Assembly: GCA_031279635.1 (NCBI GenBank)
Contig: JAITIC010000076.1
Location: 1-55,036 of the forward strand
Source: Treponema sp.
GTDB taxonomy: Bacteria; Spirochaetota; Spirochaetia; Treponematales; Breznakiellaceae
Length of the DNA stretch: 55,036 nt
Reading direction: 5' to 3'
Part shown: positions 1 to 10,100 of the stretch, piece by piece
Layout: every line of letters begins with the position of its first letter
Position numbering within the stretch: position 1 is the stretch's first letter
The notes under the pieces: model-generated
The model's input: the letters and a program-made list of their open reading frames with translations, nothing else
Database searches by the model: none
Told to the model about the DNA's origin: nothing
Translations under genes and position numbers: made by a program

Positions 1-118
1 GGTAGGGTAGAGGGGCAAACTCGTAAAGGCTAAGAGGGTGAGATAAAACAACAAACAACAAAAACCGCTTTGAGCGGTTCACGAATTCAAGCCCCCGGCT
101 TTGCCGGGGGTATTTGAC
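1..118 (+). mobile_element. Right end of an IS200/IS605-family element (transposase outside window)
   Basis: Two subterminal hairpins, AACCGCT-TTG-AGCGGTT (63-79) and CCCCCGGC-TTT-GCCGGGGG (92-110), followed by TATTTGAC. This is the typical end structure of IS200-type tnpA elements. dctQ-like coding stops exactly at 118/119. Confidence 0.72.
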
Positions 119-370
119 CTTGCGAAGCCTGATAGGGAGGTTTTTAGTAAAAAGATCCAATCCGAGGATCTGACTGTGCCGCCAGGCTACATCGGCGCCG
201 AAAAAGGAAACCCAGGCAAGAAGAAGCTGAGAAATATCAACGGTCCATTGGATGGGATTCTTGAGTCCTCTGGCAATGGCCGAGGAAAAAACCAAGACGA
301 TTATGGTGACAAAACCAATTCCGGTAATAATCTCCTCGGCTTTACAGTAATATGCGTATAGTTTCTTCAT
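119..370 (-). pseudogene. dctQ: TRAP transporter small permease (DctQ), interrupted by the IS end
   Basis: Hand translation from ATG at 370: MKKLYAYYCKAEEIITGIGFVTIIVLVFSSAIARGLKNPIQWTVDISQLLLAWVSFFGADVAWRHSQILGLDLFTKNLPIRLRK (84 codons, two TM helices, DctQ-like W..D.S.LL..W..F.GA motif). The frame then runs into the IS hairpins. Lies downstream of dctP; absent from the ORF track because the frame runs off the window. Confidence 0.75.
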
Positions 371-402
371 AGGTACCCTCAAAAAAATATCGTATAGGAA
401 TT

Positions 403-494
403 AAACTGCGAAGTTGCAAAAGTCGAAAAAAGAAGCTTGATTTCTTGCTACTTATTTGACTTCGAACCTAATGTTCGATGCGACTTCGCGGTTT
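403..494. repeat. Branched palindromic element between dctP and dctQ
   Basis: Outer stem AAACTGCGAAGTTGCA (403-418) / TGCGACTTCGCGGTTT (479-494), 14/16 complementary. Inner stems AAGTCGAA..TTTGACTT and TCGAAC-CTAAT-GTTCGA. Confidence 0.55.
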
Positions 495-567
495 TCTTAT
501 TCTTCCTGTTTCATCCACACCTTCATAGTTGATTGGATACCTACCAGGTGAACCTCAATTATCGTTT

Positions 568-1584
568 TTAATTCCCAATCTCCACCAGTATCCTTGTACG
601 CAGTTCTTCGTAGCCGAGCTTTTTATACACCGGCTGTACCGCTTCAATAAAGGGAGCGGGATCAACATCCCGGACTATCATCCCGTGGTTTTCGGCCATG
701 TCTTTCTCGTATTTCTCGGAGAATTCAACGACCAAAGGCTGGTACTCGGAACCTACATCCGCAAAGGTCTTCTTAAGAAGGTTTTTCTGTTCCTGAGTCA
801 GGGTATTAAAGAATTTAGCTCCTGTTATCGCGCAGCCAATGAGCTGAAAATGGGAAGTTTTATTGGTGTAGTGAAGTATCTCGTAGAGCCTTGTGGGATA
901 GGAAGAAGTGGTCTGAACTTCGGCCCCCTCCAGGGATTTCTGCTGGATGGCGGAGTAGACTTCGCTCTAGGGCATGCCTACCGCGACCGCGCCCATGGCG
1001 TTAACGGATTCAATACAGATATCGTTTCCCATGGTCCTGATACGCTGGCCTTTGAGGTCGGCAGGCTTGTTGACCTCATTATTGGTCACAAAATGTCTTG
1101 CCCCGGAATACCAGTTGGAGGTCAGCAGTTCAATGCCTTCTTTTCTGAAAGCCTCTTCCCATTCCTTCATAATTTTGGAATTGTTCAATTTATCCAATGC
1201 TGTATGATCCTTCAGGATGTAAGGCATATTGATAATGCCGAAATCATGAACAAAAGCCGCAAGCCTTGAGGGGTCGGTAAGCGGAACAATACCTGAGCCC
1301 AGAATGGCCTGCTCGGTCATGTCATCGGTGTCCCCAAGGGAAGAGTTGATGAACACATCTACCTCGAAAAGGCCGGATTCGTTGAGCCTTTTGGCCACTT
1401 CCCTTAAGGCCATGGTCTGAGTGTCTCCCTCTCCCTGGGTATTGCCGAATTTAATCTTTGCCTTGGCCGAAGCGCCACCGGACTGGCTTTGCTGTCCGCC
1501 GCCGGCGTAAAGGCTGCCCGCCGCGATCATCAGGCCCAAAACAAAAATTGAGGTACGCTTTAAAAGTCTCATAATTTCCTCCAT
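568..1584 (-). pseudogene. dctP: TRAP substrate-binding protein DctP with one in-frame amber stop at 967-969
   Basis: ORF 967-1584 has a signal peptide and DctP motifs (DLKGQRIR). The same frame continues after TAG as SEVYSAIQQKSLEGAEVQ...RILVEIGN to TAA at 568-570. TAG sits where the family has an aromatic residue (MP[W/F]xEVYxA). Confidence 0.85.
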
Positions 1585-1654
1585 AGCAAAAAATCATAAA
1601 TCCGTATACATCCTGAATAAAAAAATTATAAAAACAAATATCCGCTAATTCTTC

Positions 1655-1683
1655 TTTACAGGTGATATTTATTATGCTATATT
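1655..1683 (+). promoter_or_regulatory. Sigma70-like promoter for the AraC gene
   Basis: TTTACA-17 nt-TATATT with an extended -10 TG, in an AT-rich divergent intergenic region. Confidence 0.45.
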
Positions 1684-1727
1684 GATTTTTAAGCCGAAAT
1701 TTTTCGGCGGAAGCACGGAGTCTAAAC

Positions 1728-2589
1728 ATGTCGGTAAAGGTAATCAACGCCTATAATACCATTGATCCGGAAACAGAAAGCCACTATGCGTATTATACGA
1801 CGGTTTTCAATACAGCCCAATATCCGCAGGTTCATGATTTTTATGAGATAGATCTGGTAACGGACGGCAGCCTGCAATTTACTATGGGCGAACGGATTCT
1901 AAATCTGCCCGTGGGAAGCCTGCTCTGGGTACGGCCGGGCGACGTTCATTCCAAGGCCCTGCCCGAAAAGGGCGCCCACATCAACCTTGCCTTTCCCGCC
2001 GGGGCGGTGAGTAACCTGTTTGAATTTCTCTATGACAAAAAAACCTATGACACTATGATGAACCGCCCCTATTGTCCGCCCGGTGGTATTAAGCCCGGCC
2101 GAGTGCGGATCCCTGCGGCAGAAAATGATCAGCCTGAGCCTGATACCGCCGGGCAGGAAAACCCGAATACGTACCCAGCTCCGGCTGCTGCTGGCGGAAA
2201 TGATCAACTCCTACTTTATAGAGGTGTTCCGCAATGAAAAGCAGGAAACGGAACATATTACCCCGCCCCTCTGGCTGAGGGAGGCCCTTGCCGAACTTGA
2301 AAAACTTTCAAACCTGTCGGCGGGGACCGGTTTTCTGCGAAAGTATACGGGTAAAACAAAGGAGCATATCTGCCGCAGTTTCAGAAAACACCTCAACGCC
2401 ACGCCTTCCGATTATATCTGCAAGCTCAGGCTGAATTATGTGGCCAACATGCTGCTCCATTCGGATCGTGAAATTCTGGATCTTGCCTATGAAGCCGGCT
2501 TTGAAAACATCAGTTACTTCTACAAAAGATTCAAGCGGGCCTTTCATTTTTCTCCCCGTAAATTCAGGGAGATGAACAGAACAGGCTGA
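1728..2589 (+). pseudogene. AraC-family regulator (ChbR-like), frameshifted near 2070-2083
   Basis: ORF 1728-2237 has the cupin sensor (QVHDFYEI...VRPGDVH). ORF 2083-2589 has the double HTH (LAYEAGFENISYFYKRFKRAFHFSPRKFR). One extra base joins them. Confidence 0.8.
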
Positions 2590-2653
2590 AAGATTCTGCC
2601 CTCTTGCCGGCGGGGCTGCGGCGGCTCTGTACGGCGCCGGGCGGCGCGGCAAA

Positions 2654-3019
2654 GTGATTTTCCGTGGCGAAGTTACCGTACATAAGTGGGAAAGCAAGGG
2701 CGGTTATATGTTTGTAGATAACCATATACGCGGAAACGGCGAGTTTGAGGGATCGACCCTGCATATATGGGCAAAGAATGAGAACCATATATCCTGGCTC
2801 AACGATAAGCCCTGTATCACCAGCCCCGATTTGATTCAGCTGGTGGTTGAAAAAACGGGGGAATCTATCACGAACACCGATACGGCGGTTGGGATGCGTG
2901 TTACTGCGGCAGCGGCTGCAAACCCCTTGTACCGTTCTCCCGAAGGGTTGCGTATTATGGGGCCGTCCCATTACGGATTTGGTGATATCGTATTTACACC
3001 AATGGAAAAGCTGGTATAA
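2654..3019 (+). pseudogene. C-terminal fragment of a DUF917-family (hydantoin-utilisation associated) protein
   Basis: IFRGEV...GGY...G.GEFEG....IWAKNENHI....PDLI...TGE.ITN...GP..YGF matches the DUF917 C-terminal half. There is no room for the N-terminal half after araC. Confidence 0.62.
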
Positions 3020-3027
3020 CATAATGT

Positions 3028-3693
3028 ATGCAAGTATTGGCCGACTGCAAGCCTGAACGTCTGTTTCATTATTTTGAGGAAATCAGCGCGATCCCCCGCC
3101 GTTCCGGAGACGAAAAGGCCGTGAGCGATTATGTGGTCCGGTCAGCCCGCGATCATGGTTTATGGGCGTATCAGGACACAGCATATAACGTACTTATCCG
3201 CAAACCGGCCTTTACAGGCTATGAGCAATCGGAACCTGTTCTTTTGCAGGCGCACTTGGACATGGTGTGTGAAAAAAACAATGATTCGGCGCATGATTTT
3301 TCAGCGGGATCTTTTTTGCTTAAATGTTCTGTCAGGAGTTCAGTATACACGAAGAAACGTTTTCTTTCCGCCGTTATTAGCCGTCTGGCCTTGATCTCGG
3401 ACGGCACGGTTTCATTCAATGGGGATTATCCAGGCTGGGAATTCGTGCGGGAATCCCCCTTGAGGGCACTGTTATGCGAAGTGTTTAAGGAACTATACGG
3501 AAAACCGCCTGAGATAGCGGCCATTCACGGGGGACTGGAATGCGGCTTGTTGACGGAAAAAGTACAGGGCATGGACGCAGTTGCTATTGGTCCGGATATC
3601 TGTAACGCGCATACACCGCGAGAATCTGTTTCTATAGCGTCGGTCAAACGAACCTGGGAATTCATTTTAGCGTCTTTGAAACGGATGCGGTAA
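3028..3693 (+). pseudogene. pepD: Aminoacyl-histidine dipeptidase PepD with a large in-frame internal deletion
   Basis: N-terminus YFEEISAIPRRSGDEK...LQAHLDMVCEKN..HDF is fused to C-terminus DYPGWE...IHGGLECG...IGPDI.NAHTPRE. 221 aa versus roughly 480 aa for the family; central metal ligands are absent. Confidence 0.8.
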
Positions 3694-3704
3694 AAGGAGA
3701 CGAC

Positions 3705-4634
3705 ATGATTTTTTCAACTATTCTGGACGCGATGGGCAATACGCCCATCATTCGTTTGAACCACCTGACCGGGCCGGATGATGCGGAAGTACTCGTTAAA
3801 TTCGAAGGTTTGAACGTGGGCGGGTCGGTTAAAACCCGGACGGCATACAACATGATCCTTGACGCGGAAAAACGCGGCGTATTAAAACCGGATTCCATCA
3901 TTTGCGAACCCACGAGCGGGAATCAGGGCATCGGGCTCGCACTTGTCGCGGCGGTGCGGGGCTACAAGGCTGTCATCATTATGCCCGATTCGGTGAGCGG
4001 GGAACGCCGCAGGCTGGTTGAACAGTACGGCGCGGAAGTGATACTCCGCCGCGACGAAGGGGACATCGGCAAGGTGATCGACGATTGCCTGCAAACGGCA
4101 CTGCAAATGGCAAAGGAGAATCCGAAGGTCTTCGTGCCGCAGCAGTTTGCAAATCCCGCCAATCCCGCAGTGCACCGGGAACAAACCGGCCGTGAAATAA
4201 TCGAACAGCTTGAGGGACTGCCGTTGCATGGGTTTTGCTCCGGTATCGGTACTGGCGGTACCATCAGCGGTATCGGCGCGGTTTTGCGCGAACATTACCC
4301 CGATATTGAGATCTGGGCGCTTGAGCCGGAAAACGCCGCTGTTCTCTCCAATGGAAAAACCGGTTCCCATATCCAAATGGGTATCGGCGACGGCCTTATT
4401 CCCCCCAACCTCAACACGAAGATATACAACCAAGTCGCCGTGGTAACGGATGAAGATGCGCTGCAAACCGCGAAAGATCTGGCACGCAGGGAAGGCTTGA
4501 TGTGCGGCATATCAAGCGGGGCAAATGTATGCACCGCCCTGCGAATGGCGAAACAATTCGGCAAGGGAAAGCGGGTGCTCACCCTGCTGCCGGATACGGC
4601 GGAGCGGTATTTCAGTACGCCGCTGTTCCATTGA
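3705..4634 (+). CDS. cysK: Cysteine synthase family PLP enzyme (CysK-like, variant motifs)
   Basis: GNTP, PLP lysine in GGSVKTR, EPTSGNQG, QQFANPAN, GIGTGGTISG, GISSGAN, LPDTAERYFST. RBS AAGGAG upstream. Confidence 0.82.
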   Translation: MIFSTILDAMGNTPIIRLNHLTGPDDAEVLVKFEGLNVGGSVKTRTAYNMILDAEKRGVLKPDSIICEPTSGNQGIGLALVAAVRGYKAVIIMPDSVSGERRRLVEQYGAEVILRRDEGDIGKVIDDCLQTALQMAKENPKVFVPQQFANPANPAVHREQTGREIIEQLEGLPLHGFCSGIGTGGTISGIGAVLREHYPDIEIWALEPENAAVLSNGKTGSHIQMGIGDGLIPPNLNTKIYNQVAVVTDEDALQTAKDLARREGLMCGISSGANVCTALRMAKQFGKGKRVLTLLPDTAERYFSTPLFH

Positions 4635-4664
4635 AGTATGAGCGCTGATTTACTAAAATAGTAT

Positions 4665-5852
4665 ATGGAGGAACAAGTGAAAAATAGCCGGATTGCTGAA
4701 AGAATGTCTCTCTTACATACGGAGTCCGCGTTTCAGATTTTGGCGCGTGCCAATGCGCTGGAAGCCCAGGGAAGGAGCATTATCCATCTTGAGATTGGGC
4801 AGCCCGATTTTAAAACGCCCGGGAATATTATTGAGGCCGCGTATAAGGCCATGAGCGAAGGCAAAACCGGCTACACCCCCACGCCGGGTATTATTCCCCT
4901 GCGCGAGACCATAGTCCGCTACTGCGGGGATTATAAAGGGGTAAAGACATGCCCCGAGGAAATCGTGGTGGTACCCGGCGGCAAGCCGGTCATGTTCTTC
5001 ACCATGCTGATGCTGGCCCAGAGCGGAGATGAGGTGATCTACCCCAATCCAGGCTTTCCCATTTATGAATCGGTGATCAAGTTTTCAGGGGCAAAACCGG
5101 TTCCCATGCCGCTGCTGCAAAAAAACAATTTCAGCGTGGATTTGGATCAGCTAAAAAAGGACATCAACGAAAAGACAAAACTCATCATCGTAAATAATCC
5201 CGGCAACCCCACAGGCGGCATGATCAAGCGGGACGATATTATCGCCATTGCCGACATGGTGCGGGACAAGGGCATTTACATTCTTGCCGATGAGATTTAC
5301 GACCGCATTATTTTCGAGGAAAAACCCCTTTCCATAGCGACTCTGCCGGGCATGAAGGACTGGACCATCATTCTCGACGGTTTCTCCAAAACCTACGCCA
5401 TGACAGGCTGGCGGTTGGGCTACGGCGTCATGAACCGCGAACTGGCGGAGCACATGACGATGCTGATGGTGAACTCCGCCTCCTGCGCGGCGTCCATGAC
5501 GCAGTGGGCCGCCATTGAAGCCCTTGATGGGCCGCAGGACGCCGTCACCGAAATGGTAAACGCTTTTCGGGAACGGCGCGATTATCTGGTGGATGCCCTC
5601 AATGCCATTAACGGCGTCAGGTGTGTCAAGCCGGGCGGCGCTTTTTATACGTTTCCGGATATTTCGTCCTTCGGGCTTTCCTCGGCGGAATTTGCCAATC
5701 GCCTGCTTGAAGAAGCGGGTGTAGCCGCGGCGGCGGGTACCGCGTTCGGTGATTTCGGTGAAGGCTTTATCCGGTTTTCCTACGCCAACTCTCTGGACAA
5801 CCTGAAAATCGCCGTAGACCGTTTCGACAAGTTCTGCAGGGGCTTAAAATGA
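4665..5852 (+). CDS. Class I/II PLP aminotransferase (aspartate aminotransferase-like)
   Basis: EIGQPDF, NNPGNPTG, DEIY, FSKTYAMTGWRLG, GAFY, IRFSYA motifs. Confidence 0.9.
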   Translation: MEEQVKNSRIAERMSLLHTESAFQILARANALEAQGRSIIHLEIGQPDFKTPGNIIEAAYKAMSEGKTGYTPTPGIIPLRETIVRYCGDYKGVKTCPEEIVVVPGGKPVMFFTMLMLAQSGDEVIYPNPGFPIYESVIKFSGAKPVPMPLLQKNNFSVDLDQLKKDINEKTKLIIVNNPGNPTGGMIKRDDIIAIADMVRDKGIYILADEIYDRIIFEEKPLSIATLPGMKDWTIILDGFSKTYAMTGWRLGYGVMNRELAEHMTMLMVNSASCAASMTQWAAIEALDGPQDAVTEMVNAFRERRDYLVDALNAINGVRCVKPGGAFYTFPDISSFGLSSAEFANRLLEEAGVAAAAGTAFGDFGEGFIRFSYANSLDNLKIAVDRFDKFCRGLK

Positions 5853-6802
5853 ACATAGTTGTTCTGGACGGTTACACCGAAAATCCCGGCGACCTGAGTT
5901 GGGACGAGTTTAAAAAACTGGGTGAGATCACCGTTTATGACCGGACTCCGTCTGAAAAAACAATCGGGCGCATCGGAGATGCGGAAGCGGTTATCGTCAA
6001 TAAGGTGCCAATTTCCAAAGATACGATTGCCGCCTGTAAAAACATAAAGTACATCGGCGTTCTGGCCACGGGTTACAATATTGTTGACTGTGAAGCCGCC
6101 GGGGCGAGGGGAATTACGGTAACCAATATTCCCACTTACGGAACCGATGCAGTGGGGCAGTTCGCCATCGCGCTGCTTTTGGAGATCTGCCACCATGTCG
6201 GCCACCATGACCGGGCGGTCAAAGAGGGCCGCTGGGGGAAAAACCCCGACTGGTGTTTCTGGGATTTTCCGCTTATTGAGCTTGCGGGAAAAACCCTGGG
6301 TATTATCGGTTTCGGCAGAATCGGGCAGACTACCGGCAGGGCGGCCAAAGCCCTGAACATGCGGGTCATCGCCCATGACTCGCAGCCCGCCGATGCCGGC
6401 AGGGCCATCGCCGACTATGTGAGCCTTGACGAGCTTTTTGTCCGCTCCGACGTGATTGCCCTGCACTGCCCCCTTTTCCCTTCAACCCAGGGCATCATCA
6501 ACAAACATACAATAGCAAAAATGAAAGACGGGGTTATCATACTGAACAATTCCCGCGGGCCCCTCGTCGTGGAGCAGGATCTGGCCGACGCGCTTAACAG
6601 CGGGAAGGTTTATGCCGCGGCCCTTGACGTTGTTTCCTCAGAGCCGATAAAGGACGATAACCCCCTGTTACAGGCCAAAAACTGCATTATCACCCCCCAT
6701 ATTTCATGGGCGCCTAAAGAAAGCCGGCAGCGCCTGATGGACATCGCCGTATCTAATCTGCGGGCATTTATTGAGGGAAAGGCGGTTAATACGGTAACGT
6801 AA
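5849..6802 (+). CDS. D-2-hydroxyacid dehydrogenase (glycerate dehydrogenase / hydroxypyruvate reductase-like)
   Basis: LNPGDLSW-type N-terminus, GIIGFGRIG, LHCPL, NNSRGPLV, LDVVSSEP, TPHISWA. ATGA-type overlap with the aminotransferase. Confidence 0.9.
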   Translation: MNIVVLDGYTENPGDLSWDEFKKLGEITVYDRTPSEKTIGRIGDAEAVIVNKVPISKDTIAACKNIKYIGVLATGYNIVDCEAAGARGITVTNIPTYGTDAVGQFAIALLLEICHHVGHHDRAVKEGRWGKNPDWCFWDFPLIELAGKTLGIIGFGRIGQTTGRAAKALNMRVIAHDSQPADAGRAIADYVSLDELFVRSDVIALHCPLFPSTQGIINKHTIAKMKDGVIILNNSRGPLVVEQDLADALNSGKVYAAALDVVSSEPIKDDNPLLQAKNCIITPHISWAPKESRQRLMDIAVSNLRAFIEGKAVNTVT

Positions 6803-6846
6803 CCACGGACTTTGCGGACAACACCTGTCCGTGGTTTTTCTTTTTC
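6801..6846 (+). terminator. Terminator-like hairpin built from the AACCACGGAC palindrome
   Basis: AACCACGGAC...GTCCGTGGTT stem starts in the stop codon and is followed by a T-rich tract. Confidence 0.5.
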
Positions 6847-6865
6847 CCTCTCCGTGAATTCAGTT

Positions 6866-7024
6866 CCAGGAATTCCGATTTCAACCACGTACCTTCATGG
6901 ACAGAACGGACAGAACCGATATGATAGCATATAAAGTGAAAGAATTACCCTCAATTTCCGTGTCTGTCCGTGTAGTGCCCACGCAAGCGTAGGCTTGTGG
7001 TTGTCTTGAATTCGGAATTGCCGG
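6866..7024 (+). repeat. MITE-like element, family E
   Basis: Terminal inverted repeats CCAGGAATTCCGATTTCAA / TTGAATTCGGAATTGCCGG (16/19). About 135 bp align with the reverse complement of 38819-38952. Confidence 0.75.
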
Positions 7025-7107
7025 TGAGGTTCCTCCTCCCTTGAATCACGCGAGCGCGCTGTGATAATATGAGTAAATCAGGTATAAATGCTGGTTAAAG
7101 AGGGAAT

Positions 7108-10100
7108 ATGCAGTCTGTCGGTATTAACATCGGGTCCACCAGCCTTAAAATGGTATTGTTTGAATATGACGATTCGACGGAAAAAGGCAGGACGGTCTGG
7201 AGCGCGACGGTACCGCACGAAGGCGATTTCGGCGCGGCGGTGCACCGGCTGCTTTCCGAGGGGAAGATACCCGAAGGGATACCGGCTCTCGTAACCGGCA
7301 ACGAGGGTCGCTTCATGTTCGATGTGTCCGGGACAGTAGAACCGCTCTGCGTAGAGGCGGCGCTGCGGAACCTCGGCATCAGGGCTGACGCGGTGGTCAG
7401 TATGGGCGGGGAAGACCTCATCGTGTATTCCCTGGATTCCGGCGGCAAGATTATCAACAATTTTTCCGGCAACAAGTGCGCGAGCGGCACCGGCGAATTC
7501 CTCAAGCAGCAGCTCGCCCGGATGGACATGACCCTTCCGGACATCGACCGGGTGCCTGACACCGCCAAAGTCTACTCCCTTTCCACCCGCTGTTCGGTGT
7601 TTATGAAAAGCGACTGCACACACCGGCTCAACAAGCGGGAGGCCACCAAAGACGATATCGTGCTCTCCCTTTCGGACGTGATGGCGGTCAAGGTTATCGA
7701 CTTTCTGAAACGGGCGAAAGTTACGTCGGGCCGCGTCGTGCTCACGGGCGGTATCACCCTTAACCGGCACATCATCCGCTTTATCCGCCAAAAAGCGCCG
7801 GAAATTGAATTTATCATTCCCGAAACCGCGCCGGTTTTTGAAGCCTTGGGCGCGGCCTCTCTTGCCCCCCTGTCGGGCAGCGCGCTTCCCGCCGCGGACA
7901 AACTCCTCAAGCCCAACGAGATCCGCTTCGGCACGCTGGGTGCGCTGCGGGACTGGGAAGACAAGGTGCGGTTCTTCGAAAAAAGCGGCGGCAAGGTCCG
8001 CGCCGGCAGAAAATACATCCTGGGCGTTGACGGCGGCTCCACCACCACCAAGGCCTGCCTCGTGGACGCGGAAACCGACGAGATTGTCGCGAGCCACTAC
8101 GGCCGCACTCACGGCGATCCGGTGAAGGCCCTGAAAGAATGTCTGGCCATTATGCAGGAAAAAATTATCGCCGATACCGGCGGCAAAAATATCGACATAC
8201 GCCTTGTGTCCACCACCGGTTCCAGCCGGGAAATTCTCGGCGTGTTTCTGGAAACCCCCGGAGTGTACAACGAGATCATTGCCCACTCGGTGGGTACTAC
8301 GTATTTTGATCCTGAAGTAGAGACGATTTTCGAGATCGGTGGGCAGGACGCCAAGTACGTGCTGCTCAAAAACGGCGTGCCCATCGATTACGCCATGAAC
8401 GAGGCCTGCTCGGCGGGTACCGGCTCCTTCCTCGAAGAATCCGCTTCGGGCGACCTTTCGATTCACAGCGCAGTGGACATCGGCCCCATCGCGCTGGAGG
8501 CCGACGCGCCCTGCAAATTCGGCGAACACTGCTCGGCTTTTATCAACTCCGACATCCGCAAGGCGGTGCAGCAGGGCGCGGGCAGGGAGAATATCACCGC
8601 CGGTATTGCCTGTTCGATCGTGTCCAACTACCTCAACCGCGTGGTGGGCAACCGTACTATCAGCGGAAAAATCTTTTTGCAGGGCGGCGTCGCCAAAAAC
8701 CAGGCGGTGCCCCTGGCTTTCGCCATGCTCCTGGGCAAGGAAATACTCGTGCCGCCTTCGCCGGAACTCACCGGCTGCTTCGGCGTGGCCCTGCTGGCGA
8801 AGCGCAAGCACGCGGACGGCCTGCTTGACGAGCGAAGCGTGGTAATTGACGACATCATCAACCGCGACATCGGTTACGAGCGGGTCTTTACCTGTAAGGC
8901 CTGCGAAAACGGCTGCCCGATTCAGGTCCTTAACGTGAACACCCACAAGTACATGTTCGGCGGCCGCTGCAACAAATACACCAATATGCGCAAGGCCATT
9001 AAGGACGTGCCGGTTTTCGATTATGTTGAAAAAAGGCAGAAGATGCTGTTTGAAGAGTTCGCCGCGCCGCCTCTTTTGGAAAAGAGGCGTGATTTTACAG
9101 TGGGGATTCCGCGGGCTTTTTCGGTTCATACGCTCTATCCGCTGTATTCGTGGTTCTTTTATGCATTGGGGATTGAGACATTTCTGTCTACCGAAGTCGC
9201 CCACGCGGGCGTCGCCAGGGCGGAATCCACCTACTGTTTCCCGGCGGAGATCGCCCACGGTGCGGTACAGGACTGCCTGGACAAGGGAGCGGATTTTGTG
9301 CTGTTGCCCCATTTCAGGGACATGCCCTCTTACGAGGACGAGGTGCACGCCAATTTCTGTCCCATTACCCAGAGTCTTCCCTACTATATCGAAAAAGCCT
9401 TTCCCGACATCGCCAAGAAACGCTGGCTGCCGCTGGTGGTGAGCTTCAAGTTCGGCGAGGGTAAGGCCCTGGAACTGTTCCGCGAAATGGCGGCGCGCCT
9501 GGGAATTGGCGAGGCGGAAACCAAAGCGGCCTTTGAAAACGCGCTGGAGCGGCAGCAGGCTTATTTTGACGCCATGCGCAAAATGGGCAGGGAGGCGCTT
9601 GAAGAGGCCCGCAAATCGGACCGGCCGGTGATCGCCGTTCTGGGCAGGCCCTACAACGCCTTTACTCAGGAAGCGAACATGGGCATTCCCCGGAAGTTCA
9701 CTACCCGCGGCTACTCAATCCTCCCCTTCGACATTCTTCCCTTCCACGATGAAAAGATCTTTCCCAACATGTACTGGTACTACGGCCAGGAAGATGTCAA
9801 GACGGCCAAGCTCCTCAAAAAAGAAGACAATATTTATCTGACATACGTCACCAACTTTTCCTGCGCGCCTGATTCGTTCATCCTGCACTATATAAAATGG
9901 GTGATGGGCCAGAAGCCGTTTCTCGTGCTGGAACTGGATTCCCATTCCGCCGACGCCGGCATTGACACCCGCGTGGAGGCCTTTCTTGACATCATCGACG
10001 GTTACCGCGCCAAGAAGAACGAGCTTGAGGCGGAGCGTTACGACAACGGCTGGCGTTTTGTCAGCGAGAAGAGCGCCGGAGGTTTTGATCTGCGGATCGA

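Noticed and set aside
967-969. Genome-wide TAG recoding
   Set aside because: TAG terminates cysE, era, hslU, topA and ftsA at expected positions.
7078-9348. 756-aa minus-strand ORF and the many other long antisense ORFs
   Set aside because: Shadows of GC-rich genes on the opposite strand with no recognisable motifs.
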